Of a DNA stretch of 64,000 nucleotides, positions 50,217 through 59,032 are shown piece by piece. This DNA is from Alphaproteobacteria bacterium. GTDB lineage: Bacteria; Pseudomonadota; Alphaproteobacteria; MPNO01. A program made the translations under genes and the position numbers. Positions within the stretch are counted from its first letter, which is position 1; each line of letters starts with the position of its first letter. The stretch lies in the NCBI GenBank assembly GCA_965248835.1, contig CBDFLJ010000001.1:1824001-1888000 (forward strand), read 5' to 3'. The notes below the pieces were generated by a model that did no database searches, was not told where the DNA came from, and saw only the letters and a list, made by a program, of their open reading frames with translations.

Positions 50217-50699
50217 CTACTCGGGGCGACGCGATCCTTTGGCGCCGGTTCCGACGCCGAAAGCCCGCACATTGTCCGTCGCCTCGCCGGCATCGTTGCG
50301 GATGTCGATCACCCGTTCACGGCTTGCCGGCGGCGGGCGAACCAGATCGATGTGCAGCAGGCCGTTGGACATCTCCGCACCGACCACTTCGATGCCCTCG
50401 GCCAGCACGAATGAGCGCTGGAACTGGCGCGCGGCAATGCCACGGTGCAGGTAGACACGGTCTTCGGCCTCGGTCTGCTTGCCGCGCACCGTGAGCTGGG
50501 AGTCATCGACGGTGATCACCAGGTCTTCGCGCGTGAAACCGGCGACGGCCAGCGTTATCCGCATCGAATCCTTGCCGGTCTGCTCGATATTGTAGGGCGG
50601 ATAGCCGTCCGCGGAGGCCTTGGAAACTCTGTCCAGCGTCCGTTCGAGTTGGTCGAATCCGAGCAGGAAGGGGCTGTTGAATACCGACATCCGCGCCAT
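50217..50699 (-). CDS. Small heat-shock protein Hsp20 (IbpA-like)
   Basis: LGFD, YPPYNIE, LAVAGF, YLHRGIAARQF.R.F.LA, NGLL.IDL. GAGGAGG RBS. Confidence 0.95.
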   Translation of the reverse strand: MARMSVFNSPFLLGFDQLERTLDRVSKASADGYPPYNIEQTGKDSMRITLAVAGFTREDLVITVDDSQLTVRGKQTEAEDRVYLHRGIAARQFQRSFVLAEGIEVVGAEMSNGLLHIDLVRPPPASRERVIDIRNDAGEATDNVRAFGVGTGAKGSRRPE

Positions 50700-50823
50700 C
50701 GTCGGCCTCCTCTTTGCGAGCGGGGCAACACCGAGCGCCCTGCGGACCCGAACGGCATCGGCAGGGGACGGCCCAAGGGGCACCGTCGGGTTTGATATGG
50801 ACATCAAATCGTGGATTTGCAAG
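50700..50823 (-). promoter_or_regulatory. Putative RpoH promoter plus structured 5' UTR (ROSE-like thermometer)
   Basis: CTTGCA-N17-CCATAT on the minus strand; about 90-nt GC-rich UTR ending CTCGCAAAGAGGAGG. Confidence 0.5.
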
Positions 50824-50828
50824 CCGGC

Positions 50829-51464
50829 TCAAGCCGTAAGGCGGCGCGCGGCCGCGACCACGAACAGCGGATCCGACCGGCCCGGTGCCGGTGAAATGTC
50901 GGCCAGCCGGGGCGCCTCGAACAGCCCGGTTTCCACGAAGTAGTGACCGATCAGCCGCGTGTGGTCGCCCTCGTCCAGCGCCCGCCAGACGGCGACCGCC
51001 TTGGTCGGAAACATGCGGTTGGAGAAGCTCACATGGCAGGCGGCACCGGGCACCAGCACCCGGGCGATCTCGGCGAAAATCTCGATCGGGCGGATCAGAT
51101 ACTGTACCGAGACCGACAGCACGCAGGCATCGAAGGCGTGGTCGCGGAACGGCAGGCGGGGCAGCGCGTTGACGTCCTGGACGAGCGCGGCGTCGAGCTG
51201 CGGATTGGCCGCAAGCTCGGCCGCGTTGAGCCCGAGGCCTACGACCGTAGCGTACCCGGCCTCGGCCGGCAGGTGGGACACGCAGCTCGACATCATGTCG
51301 AAGATCCTGCCGCCCGCCGGCAGGTTGGCGGCGAAATAGGCGGCCAGCGCGGCGCGCGCGGGATCGTCGATGTGAGCGACCATCCGCGGCATGGTGTAGA
51401 AGTCGGTGTCCGGGCTCTCGTCGATCCGGGCAAAATGGGCCGGGCCAAGCCGTTCATCTTCCAT
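50829..51464 (-). CDS. SAM-dependent methyltransferase (type 11)
   Basis: FY..PRMVAHIDD, DMMSS..SHLP, LGLN..EL..N, SVQYL, FSNRMFPTKA. Confidence 0.9.
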   Translation of the reverse strand: MEDERLGPAHFARIDESPDTDFYTMPRMVAHIDDPARAALAAYFAANLPAGGRIFDMMSSCVSHLPAEAGYATVVGLGLNAAELAANPQLDAALVQDVNALPRLPFRDHAFDACVLSVSVQYLIRPIEIFAEIARVLVPGAACHVSFSNRMFPTKAVAVWRALDEGDHTRLIGHYFVETGLFEAPRLADISPAPGRSDPLFVVAAARRLTA

Positions 51465-52881
51465 CGCCGCCTCGCTTGAGCCTGAGCACCGCGCGAAGCC
51501 CCGGATGATTGTCTTCCAGCACCAGCGCGCCGTCGTGGCGCATCGCGATCGCCGCGGCCAGGCTCAATCCGAGCCCCGAGCCGGGCCGGTTGCGCGCCGT
51601 CTCGATGCGATAGAAGCGCTCGAACACGCGGGGTTTCAGCGTCTCCGGGATGCCGGGGCCGCGGTCGGCGACGACGATTTCGACCATGTCGTCCTCGGCG
51701 GCGAAGCCGGCCGAGACGGCGATCTCCCCGCCCTCGGGCGAGAACTTGATGGCGTTGTCGATGAGGTTGGCAACGCACTGGAACAGCAGGTGTCGGTCGC
51801 CCCGGACGGTGAGCCCGCCGGCGGTCCGCAGACCGAGCGTGATCTTCCCGGCATCGGCGACCGGCGCGTAGAGCTCCGAGACATCGGCCAGCAGCGCATC
51901 CAGCGCGAAGGGCTCCATCGGGGTCTCTTCCGCGCCGGCCTCCAGACGTGCGATGCTGAGCAGCGAATTGAAGGTCTTGAGCAGGTCATCGGCCTCGGCG
52001 ATGGTGCGCTCGATCGCCTCGCGGTAGGCCGCGTTGTCGGTCGGCCCGTCGAGCGCCAGTTCCAGCCGGCCGCGCAGCCGGGCGAGCGGGCCGCGCAAAT
52101 CGTGGGCGATGTTGTCGGAGACCTCGCGCACGCCGTCCAGCAGCCGGGCGATGCGGTCGAGCATCGCGTTGAGGTTTTCCGCCAGTCGGTCGAACTCATC
52201 GCCGGTGCCGCGCAGCGGGATGCGGCGGTCGAGCTCGCCGGCCATGATCTCGGTGCTGGCGGCGTTGATCGCATCGATCCGTCGGAGCATCGGCCGGCTG
52301 ACCAGGAGCCCGCCGGCAAGGCTGAGCGCGACGGCCAGCGCCAGCCCCCAGCCGAACGAGCCGCGCACCAGCTGGGCGATCTCCAGGCGCTCGCGGATGT
52401 CCCGGCCGACCAGCAGGTGCAGCCCGCCGCCGAGCGCGAACGTGCGTGCCCGGCCGAGATCGACCGCGCCCCGCGCATCGGCGTACTCCAGCCGAAAGGT
52501 GAGCCAGCCCCGCGCATCGGCTTTCTCCTGCGGCCAGCTCGACAGATTGCCGGCGAGCGGCTGGTAGGCGGCGTCGACCAGCAGGTAAAGCCCCCGGCTC
52601 GCCCGCGCCCGGGCGGTACGCCGGTCGAGCGCCCGCACCAGGCCGATGGTGCCGAACTGGGCGTATTGCTCGGACAGGCCGCGGATCTCGGCCAGGATCG
52701 CTTCATCGGTCTGGCGCGACATGAACCCGGCGGTCGACCAGTAGAGGAAGCCGAACACGACCACGATCGAGACGCTGAACAGGCCGAGATAGACCAGCGC
52801 GACCCGGAAGGTCGAGGTCCGGACCAGCCGTCCGATCGTGCCCGCCAACCGCGGCGGCCTAGCCGGGATCGCGGATGACAT
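51454..52881 (-). CDS. Sensor histidine kinase (HAMP)
   Basis: Two TM, HAMP, NIAHDLRGPL H-box, NLIDNAIKF, D.GPGI, GSGLGL. Start may instead be TTG 52848. Confidence 0.95.
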   Translation of the reverse strand: MSSAIPARPPRLAGTIGRLVRTSTFRVALVYLGLFSVSIVVVFGFLYWSTAGFMSRQTDEAILAEIRGLSEQYAQFGTIGLVRALDRRTARARASRGLYLLVDAAYQPLAGNLSSWPQEKADARGWLTFRLEYADARGAVDLGRARTFALGGGLHLLVGRDIRERLEIAQLVRGSFGWGLALAVALSLAGGLLVSRPMLRRIDAINAASTEIMAGELDRRIPLRGTGDEFDRLAENLNAMLDRIARLLDGVREVSDNIAHDLRGPLARLRGRLELALDGPTDNAAYREAIERTIAEADDLLKTFNSLLSIARLEAGAEETPMEPFALDALLADVSELYAPVADAGKITLGLRTAGGLTVRGDRHLLFQCVANLIDNAIKFSPEGGEIAVSAGFAAEDDMVEIVVADRGPGIPETLKPRVFERFYRIETARNRPGSGLGLSLAAAIAMRHDGALVLEDNHPGLRAVLRLKRGGDGR

Positions 52882-53539
52882 AGCCCGCCCCGCGCGCGGT
52901 CTGGATGAGCGACGTCTCGAAGCCCTGGTCGAGCTTGCGGCGCAGGCGCGAGACGTGCACGTCGATGACGTTGGTCTGGGGGTCGAAATGATAGTCCCAG
53001 ACCTGTTCCAGCAGCATCGTGCGGGTCACCACGCGGCCCGCGTTGCGCAGCAGCACTTCGAGCAGCTTGAACTCGCGCGGCTGCAGGTCGATCGCCCGCC
53101 CGGCGCGGCTGACCCGGCGGGCGAGCAGGTCCATCTCCAGGTCGGCTACCTTGAGCACCGTGACCTCGGCCGCCTGTCCGACGCGGCGACGCAACAGGGC
53201 ATCCACGCGGGCGCGCAGCTCGGAGAAGGCGAACGGCTTGACCAGGTAGTCGTCGGCGCCCGCTTCGAGCCCCGCGACCCGGTCGGCGACCTCGCCCTTG
53301 GCGCTCAGGAACAGCACCGGAGTCGCCCGGCCCGCCCGCCGCATTGCCTCGACGATCGCCAGCCCGTCGACCTCGGGCAGCATGCGGTCGATTACCGCGA
53401 CGTCGTAATCGGCGGCCACCGCCTGGACCAGCCCGTCCCGCCCGCCGGTCGCGACATCGACGACGAATCCGCCCTCGGACAGGCCCTTGGCGAGGAACCC
53501 GGCCGTTTCCACGTCGTCTTCGATGATCAATGCGCGCAT
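52859..53539 (-). CDS. OmpR-family response regulator (CusR/IrlR-like)
   Basis: IEDD, DRMLP, GADDYLVKPF, LLEQVWDYHFDPQTNVIDVH. Confidence 0.96.
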   Translation of the reverse strand: MRALIIEDDVETAGFLAKGLSEGGFVVDVATGGRDGLVQAVAADYDVAVIDRMLPEVDGLAIVEAMRRAGRATPVLFLSAKGEVADRVAGLEAGADDYLVKPFAFSELRARVDALLRRRVGQAAEVTVLKVADLEMDLLARRVSRAGRAIDLQPREFKLLEVLLRNAGRVVTRTMLLEQVWDYHFDPQTNVIDVHVSRLRRKLDQGFETSLIQTARGAGYVIRDPG

Positions 53540-53604
53540 GGTGCCGTCCGCCCCGGCCAGTATGTCGGCGGCCCCGCCCGCCGGGTCAAGTCAGCAAAAT
53601 GGAA

Positions 53605-53632
53605 CCGGGGGCCGCGTCGCCGCGGCCCCCGG
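53605..53632 (-). terminator. GC-rich hairpin downstream of degP
   Basis: 12-bp perfect stem CCGGGGGCCGCG/CGCGGCCCCCGG, 4-nt loop, followed on minus by TTCCATTTT. Confidence 0.6.
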
Positions 53633-53654
53633 CCCTCGCAGCCGATCCGGAGGG

Positions 53655-54830
53655 TCACCGCTCGGCGGCCATCTTCTGCGGGCTCGGCATTCTGCCGGTC
53701 TCGATCTCGAACGAGCGGGCCTTGCCGGCGCGGATGACCTCGACCGTCACCGACTTGCCGATGCGGGTGCCGGCGACCAGCCGGGGCAGGTCGCGCAGCC
53801 GCTCCACGGCCGTGCCATCCCAACTTGTGATCACGTCGCCCTGGGCGATGCCGGCTTTGCCGGCCGGGCCGTCGGCGACGACCGAAGCGACCACGGCGCC
53901 GGCGGTGGCCTTCAGCCCCAGGTGCAAGGCCAGGTCCTGCGTGACCGGCTGGATCTGGACGCCGAGCCAGCCGCGCTCGACCTTGCCGTCGACGCGCAGG
54001 TCGGCGATGACCTGCTTGGCCGTATTCGACGGGATCGCGAAGCCGATCCCGACATTGCCGCCGTTGGGTGAGAAGATCGCGGTGTTAACGCCGATCACAT
54101 TACCCTCGGCATCGAAGGCCGGGCCGCCGGAACTGCCCCGGTTGATCGGCGCGTCGATCTGCAGGAAGTCGACCAACGAGCCGCCGGGAAGATCGCGGCC
54201 GCGCGCAGACACGATGCCCGCCGTCACGGTGCCGCCGAGCCCGAAGGGGTTGCCGATGGTCATCACCCAGTCGCCGGCCCGGATGAGGTCGGAATCCCCG
54301 AACTTCACGAAGGGCAGCGTCCGCCCGGCATCGATTTTCAGCAGCGCCAGGTCGGTCCGGGCATCGCCGCCGACCAGCTTGGCGTCGAACGACCCGCCGT
54401 CGTGCAGTCGGACGCGGATCTTGCCGCTTCCGGCGACGACGTGGTTGTTGGTCACCACGTAGCCTGCGGGATCGATGATGAAGCCCGAGCCCGCTTCACG
54501 CCCGTGGCCGCGCGGCGGCATCGGTATCGACGGGTCGAACTCGGGCATCGCGCGGCCGAAGAACCGCTCCATGAAATCGCGGAACGGGGCCTCGGCGAAC
54601 GGAGCGTTCGGCGCGCCGGGCATCGGCATGGAACGCGCGGAGCCGCTGCCGCCTTCGGCGGTGATGTTGACGACCGCCGGGCCGACCTTGGCTGCGATGT
54701 CGGCGAAGGTCGACGGGCTCGGGCGCGCCTGGGCGAGAGAGGCGACGGCGAGCGTCGTGAATACGGCCAGGGCGCCGGGCATCAGGACCCGGTGGACCGC
54801 CCTGCGGTCGATGAGGCTTGCTGTGGACAT
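53655..54830 (-). CDS. DegP/HtrA (Do) serine protease, single PDZ
   Basis: GSGFII, TNNHV, DLALLK, GNPFGL, DAPINRGSSGGP, one PDZ domain. AGGAG RBS. Confidence 0.95.
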   Translation of the reverse strand: MSTASLIDRRAVHRVLMPGALAVFTTLAVASLAQARPSPSTFADIAAKVGPAVVNITAEGGSGSARSMPMPGAPNAPFAEAPFRDFMERFFGRAMPEFDPSIPMPPRGHGREAGSGFIIDPAGYVVTNNHVVAGSGKIRVRLHDGGSFDAKLVGGDARTDLALLKIDAGRTLPFVKFGDSDLIRAGDWVMTIGNPFGLGGTVTAGIVSARGRDLPGGSLVDFLQIDAPINRGSSGGPAFDAEGNVIGVNTAIFSPNGGNVGIGFAIPSNTAKQVIADLRVDGKVERGWLGVQIQPVTQDLALHLGLKATAGAVVASVVADGPAGKAGIAQGDVITSWDGTAVERLRDLPRLVAGTRIGKSVTVEVIRAGKARSFEIETGRMPSPQKMAAER

Positions 54831-54898
54831 GACAGAATCTCCTGGTTGATGTCGCATCATGAAATGGTGCGCACACCTGGAGGACGCCTTACCGGCAG

Positions 54899-54914
54899 AT
54901 GAAGGATCGGTAAT
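54899..54914 (-). promoter_or_regulatory. Candidate response-regulator box ATTAC-N6-TTCAT
   Basis: Resembles the CusR/CopR dyad ATGAC-N6-GTCAT; upstream of degP-RR-HK. Confidence 0.4.
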
Positions 54915-54984
54915 GTGGCGCCGGCGCCGGCGCCGGCCCGGCTTGCTCGGACCACGCTCCGGACGGCGCGAGGTCCCCGCGGCG

Positions 54985-56523
54985 TCAATTCACGGTGCCG
55001 CGCCAGCCGATATAGCGGTCCATCCCTATATCGGTTTGCCAGGTGCGGCGCCACGCCTCGACGAGGAAAGGCCGCAGCGTCTCATAGCGGCGTGCGACCG
55101 CGCGCTGGTCCGCGCGCAGGGTGGGCATGACCGCGTCGACCGAAGCGGCCAGCTCCCCGGCATCGATGCTCACAAGCCTGCCGTCCTGGACGACGATCCG
55201 GCCGTCGACCAGCACCGTATCGAGCGCACCGCCGGTCTCGGAATAGACCATCTGGCGGGCCGCGCTGTTGAGCGGGACCAGCGTCGGCCTGTCGAGGTCG
55301 TAGAGGCAGAGATCGGCCCGCATGCCCGGCCTTATCGCACCGACCTCGCCGGCCAGGCCCACCGCGGCAGCGCTGCCCAGCGTCGCCGCACGCAACGCCT
55401 CGGGGGCGGTCGGGGTGTCCAGACCGGGATCGGAGACCGCCGCCAGGCCGCAGAACAGCTTCATCGCCTGGAACATGTTCTGCACGTCGCTGCACGCGCA
55501 GTTGTCGCAGCCGAGCCCGATTTCGACCCCCGCCCGGCGATAGTCCTGGATCGGCGCCACGCCGGACTTCGACTTCATGTTGCCGGCCGGGTTGAGGACG
55601 ACCCGCGCGCCGGCCTCGGCGATGGCCTCGATCTCGGCCGGGCTCATCCAGATGCTGTGGGCCAGCGCGAGCCGCGGGCCGAGCAGGTCCATCGCGCGCA
55701 TATACGCGATCTGCGAGCCGCCGTAGCCGGCCAGGTGGGTTCGCGAGGAGACCACCTCCGGCCGCGATTCGTACATATGGCTCAGCACCGGCAAGCCATG
55801 GGTCCGCGACAGCTCCGCAACGCCCTCCAGCAGCGCCGGCGAGGACATGATCGCGCTGGTCGGGCCGAGCGCCCAGCTAAACCGCTCGCGGTCGTGGCCA
55901 ATGCGGTCGATCTGGCCGGCCACCATGGGGATCGGCGCCGGGCCGTCGGCCAATCCCACCGCCGAGCCGAGATGGCGGTGCAGGTCTTCCGGCACCAGCT
56001 CACGCCAGTGCGGGACGCGGTCGATCGCCGCTCTGTCGCCGATCTGCAGGGAGAAGACCGTCCGGATGCCGATCTCCTCGTAGGCGTCCAGCACCACGTC
56101 GAGCAGTGCCTCGTCGAACGGATACAGCGTCAGCATGTCCTGGACGGTGGTGATCCCCGCCAACAGGCATTCCGCGGCCCCGAGGAGCGTCCTGGCGCGG
56201 ACCTCCTCGGCGCTGCGCCTGGGGTATTGCGGCGGCAGCGCGTTGACGAACCAGATCTGCAACGGCAGCGGCTCGAAGACGCCCTTCAGCAAGGTGTCGT
56301 GGGAGTGGTAGTGGGCGTTGACGAAGCCGGGCACGATCAGGCGCCGGCGGGCATCGATCACCTGATCCGGCGGGGCCTGTCGGGCAAGCGTCGCGGCAAG
56401 GCCCGGCGCGATCCGTGCGATCCTGTCGCCCGCGATCAGGATGTCCCGGGCCGCCGGACGATCGGTATCGCCGTCATGGTCGTAGACCAGCCCGCCTTCG
56501 ATGAGGAGTGTCCGATCGGCCAT
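54985..56523 (-). CDS. Amidohydrolase (deaminase-like, HxxE intact)
   Basis: PGFVNAHYH, GITTVQD, SHMYE, LAHSIW, LGCDN. Confidence 0.9.
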   Translation of the reverse strand: MADRTLLIEGGLVYDHDGDTDRPAARDILIAGDRIARIAPGLAATLARQAPPDQVIDARRRLIVPGFVNAHYHSHDTLLKGVFEPLPLQIWFVNALPPQYPRRSAEEVRARTLLGAAECLLAGITTVQDMLTLYPFDEALLDVVLDAYEEIGIRTVFSLQIGDRAAIDRVPHWRELVPEDLHRHLGSAVGLADGPAPIPMVAGQIDRIGHDRERFSWALGPTSAIMSSPALLEGVAELSRTHGLPVLSHMYESRPEVVSSRTHLAGYGGSQIAYMRAMDLLGPRLALAHSIWMSPAEIEAIAEAGARVVLNPAGNMKSKSGVAPIQDYRRAGVEIGLGCDNCACSDVQNMFQAMKLFCGLAAVSDPGLDTPTAPEALRAATLGSAAAVGLAGEVGAIRPGMRADLCLYDLDRPTLVPLNSAARQMVYSETGGALDTVLVDGRIVVQDGRLVSIDAGELAASVDAVMPTLRADQRAVARRYETLRPFLVEAWRRTWQTDIGMDRYIGWRGTVN

Positions 56524-56579
56524 CGCCCGCCCCGGGTTTCCGTTCAGCACCTGTTCCGAACAAGCCGTGCCGGGTCCGC

Positions 56580-57011
56580 TCAGCCGCGGACGATGTATTC
56601 CCGCAGCGCATCGGCCTCGGCGACGATGCCGTCGATGCGGCTCTTGACCACATCGCCGATGCTGACGATCCCGACCAGCGCGCCGTCTTCGATCACCGGC
56701 AGGTGGCGGAACCGGCGGTCGGTCATCAGGGCCATGATCTCGCGGTCGGAGTCGCCGGGCGCACAGGTCACCACCGGGCTTGCCATGCATTCCGACAGCG
56801 TGCAGGCAAGGAACGCGGCCCCCCGTTCGGCGAAGCCGCGCACCACGTCGCGCTCCGACACGATGCCGAGCAGGTTGCGCCCGTCATCGGAGACCACCAG
56901 GGCGCCGATCTGGCGCTCGCTGAGCAGCGCGACCGCCTCGGCCATGGTCATGCCGGGTTTTGCCGTCGTGACCGCGCCGCCCTTGGCGCGGAGAATGCCC
57001 GCGACATCCAT
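56580..57011 (-). CDS. CBS-domain protein
   Basis: IGALVV, GIVSERD, RFRHLPV, GIVSIGDVVK. Confidence 0.93.
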   Translation of the reverse strand: MDVAGILRAKGGAVTTAKPGMTMAEAVALLSERQIGALVVSDDGRNLLGIVSERDVVRGFAERGAAFLACTLSECMASPVVTCAPGDSDREIMALMTDRRFRHLPVIEDGALVGIVSIGDVVKSRIDGIVAEADALREYIVRG

Positions 57012-57020
57012 TCCGGTCTC

Positions 57021-57209
57021 CTAGTCGCCCGAGCCGTCGGCGATCAAGTCCGCATCGTCCCGGGTCCAGCTATGGGTTGCCCCGCAGGATGGACAGACGA
57101 AGGAATGTTCTTCGTCCTGGCCCAGGGCCTCGAGCGCCGACCAGTCGAGGTTGAGACCGGTATAGACCTGCCGTCTGGAGTCGGGGCATGTCACCATCAC
57201 CCGCGCCAT
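57021..57209 (-). CDS. 62-aa small Cys/His (Zn-ribbon-like) protein
   Basis: MARVMVTCPDS...TGL...CPSCGATHSW. GGAG RBS; 9 bp upstream of the CBS gene. Confidence 0.75.
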   Translation of the reverse strand: MARVMVTCPDSRRQVYTGLNLDWSALEALGQDEEHSFVCPSCGATHSWTRDDADLIADGSGD

Positions 57210-57249
57210 ACCCGAATCTCCACAAGAATCCGTTGTCCTGCCCGCCTCG

Positions 57250-57278
57250 ATTCTGGCCGGATCGAATCCGGCGGTCAA
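57250..57278 (-). promoter_or_regulatory. sigma70-type promoter TTGACC-N17-CAGAAT with a palindromic spacer
   Basis: Spacer GCCGGAT-TCG-ATCCGGC is a perfect inverted repeat; four GANTC sites within 57214-57268. Confidence 0.55.
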
Positions 57279-57375
57279 GCATCGGTGCCGACCAGCCCGT
57301 GACACGGCGGGGCGCATGGCGTTCAATGGGCCCGGAGGCCGGTGCGTGTTCCGGACTCGATCGAAAGGCGTGAGG

Positions 57376-58044
57376 ATGGCGGAGCGGATCACCCTTGCGG
57401 CATCGGACGGTCATGAGCTGGAGGCTTGGCATGCCGATGCCGGAGGCGATGCGATCGCCGGGATCGCGGTCCTACAGGCGATCTACGGGCTGACCGCGCA
57501 TCTGGGCGATGTCTGCGATCTCTATGCCCGAAGCGGGATCTCGGCGGTCGCACCGGCGCTCTACGACCGCGCAGGGCGGAACATCGTCTTCGGCTACGAC
57601 GAGGCCGGACGGGCGGCCGGGATGGCCCAGCGCGAGACGCTTTGCCGCCAGACCGTGCTGGCCGATGTCTCCGCGGCGCTCGAGCGGCTGCGGCCGGCGG
57701 GTCCCGTTGCGGTCCAGGGGTTCTGCACCGGCGGGAGCTGGGCCTGGGTGGCGGCGGCCAACCTCGCGCTCGACGCGGCGGTGATCTATTACGGCTCGGA
57801 CGTCTACCAGAGCCGCGCGTTGGTACCGCGCTGCCCGACGATCCTGCATTACGGCGACCGCGATACGATCGTGCCGATCGACCAGGTCGAGGCGATCGCG
57901 GACGGCCATCCCGAGCATCCGCTCCATATCTATCCGGGCGCGGGCCACGCCTTTTTCAACCCGGACCAAGCGAGCTACGACAAGGACGCGGCCGATCTCG
58001 CCCATTCCCGCACGCTCGCCTTCCTGCAAGCCCGGTTCGGCTGA
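57376..58044 (+). CDS. Dienelactone hydrolase family protein
   Basis: GFCTGG nucleophile elbow, YYG, GDRD, YPGAGHAF. Confidence 0.92.
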   Translation: MAERITLAASDGHELEAWHADAGGDAIAGIAVLQAIYGLTAHLGDVCDLYARSGISAVAPALYDRAGRNIVFGYDEAGRAAGMAQRETLCRQTVLADVSAALERLRPAGPVAVQGFCTGGSWAWVAAANLALDAAVIYYGSDVYQSRALVPRCPTILHYGDRDTIVPIDQVEAIADGHPEHPLHIYPGAGHAFFNPDQASYDKDAADLAHSRTLAFLQARFG

Positions 58045-58047
58045 GCC

Positions 58048-59028
58048 ATGGAGACGTTCAGGGCACTGCGCATCCACGCTTTCGGCGGGCCGGAGGAGAT
58101 CGTGCTCGAGGACCTGCCCCTGGGCTCTCCGGGCGCGGGCGAGGTGCGGATCGCCCAGAAGGCGATCGCGGTCCATTTCGCCGACACGCTGATGCGGGCC
58201 GGGGCCTATTACGTCAAGCCGGCGCTGCCGGCAACGCTTGGGCTCGAGGCCGCGGGCGTCGTCGAGACGGTCGGGCCCGGGGTGGCGGGCTTCGTTCCCG
58301 GGGACCGCATCGCCTATCCGTTCCTTCCCGGTGCCGCGGTCAGCGCGCGCAACGTCCCGGCGAGCGCGCTGGTGAAGCTTCCCGATTCGGTCGACGAGAA
58401 GACCGCAGCCGCAGGCTTGCTCCGTGGCATGACGGTGCAGTACCTGCTGCGCCGCAGCTACATTGTGGGGCCGGACGATGTGGTGCTGGTGCACGCCGCG
58501 GCCGGCGGGGTGGGCACGCTTTTGTGCCAATGGGCGCGCCACCTGGGAGCAACGGTGATCGGCACGGTTGGCCGGCCCGCCAAGGCGGCGGTTGCCCGCG
58601 CGGCCGGCTGCGCGCACGTGATCGACTACACGGGCGAGGACTTCGCGGCGCGGTGCCTGGAGATCACCGCGGGCGAGGGGGTGAGCGTGGTCTATGACAG
58701 CGTCGGCCAGGCGACCTATGAAGGCAATCTCGCCGCGCTCGCGCCCACCGGCTATTTCATCAACTACGGCCACAGTTCGGGCCGCCTGCCGCCGATCGAT
58801 GCGATGGCGCTCAACGCCAAGTCGATCTTCTTCGCCAAGGTGTCCTATCGCGACTACGCCCGCACGCCCGCGGCGGTGGCGGCGATGGCGGACGAGACCC
58901 TGGACCTGATCGGCTCGGGCGTCATTAAGGTCGGGATCACCGCCACCTACCCCTTCAACCAGGCCGCACAGGCCCACCGCGACATTGCCGCGCGCAAGAC
59001 GACCGGCTGCGTCGTTCTGGTCGTCTGA
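58048..59028 (+). CDS. Quinone oxidoreductase (Qor-like)
   Basis: FGGPE, GLEAAG, HAAAGGVG, VYDSVG, TTG. Confidence 0.92.
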   Translation: METFRALRIHAFGGPEEIVLEDLPLGSPGAGEVRIAQKAIAVHFADTLMRAGAYYVKPALPATLGLEAAGVVETVGPGVAGFVPGDRIAYPFLPGAAVSARNVPASALVKLPDSVDEKTAAAGLLRGMTVQYLLRRSYIVGPDDVVLVHAAAGGVGTLLCQWARHLGATVIGTVGRPAKAAVARAAGCAHVIDYTGEDFAARCLEITAGEGVSVVYDSVGQATYEGNLAALAPTGYFINYGHSSGRLPPIDAMALNAKSIFFAKVSYRDYARTPAAVAAMADETLDLIGSGVIKVGITATYPFNQAAQAHRDIAARKTTGCVVLVV

Positions 59029-59032
59029 GCCC

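Noticed and set aside
54917-54937. (CCGGCG)3 run upstream of degP
   Set aside because: Low-complexity GC sequence expected by chance at this base composition.
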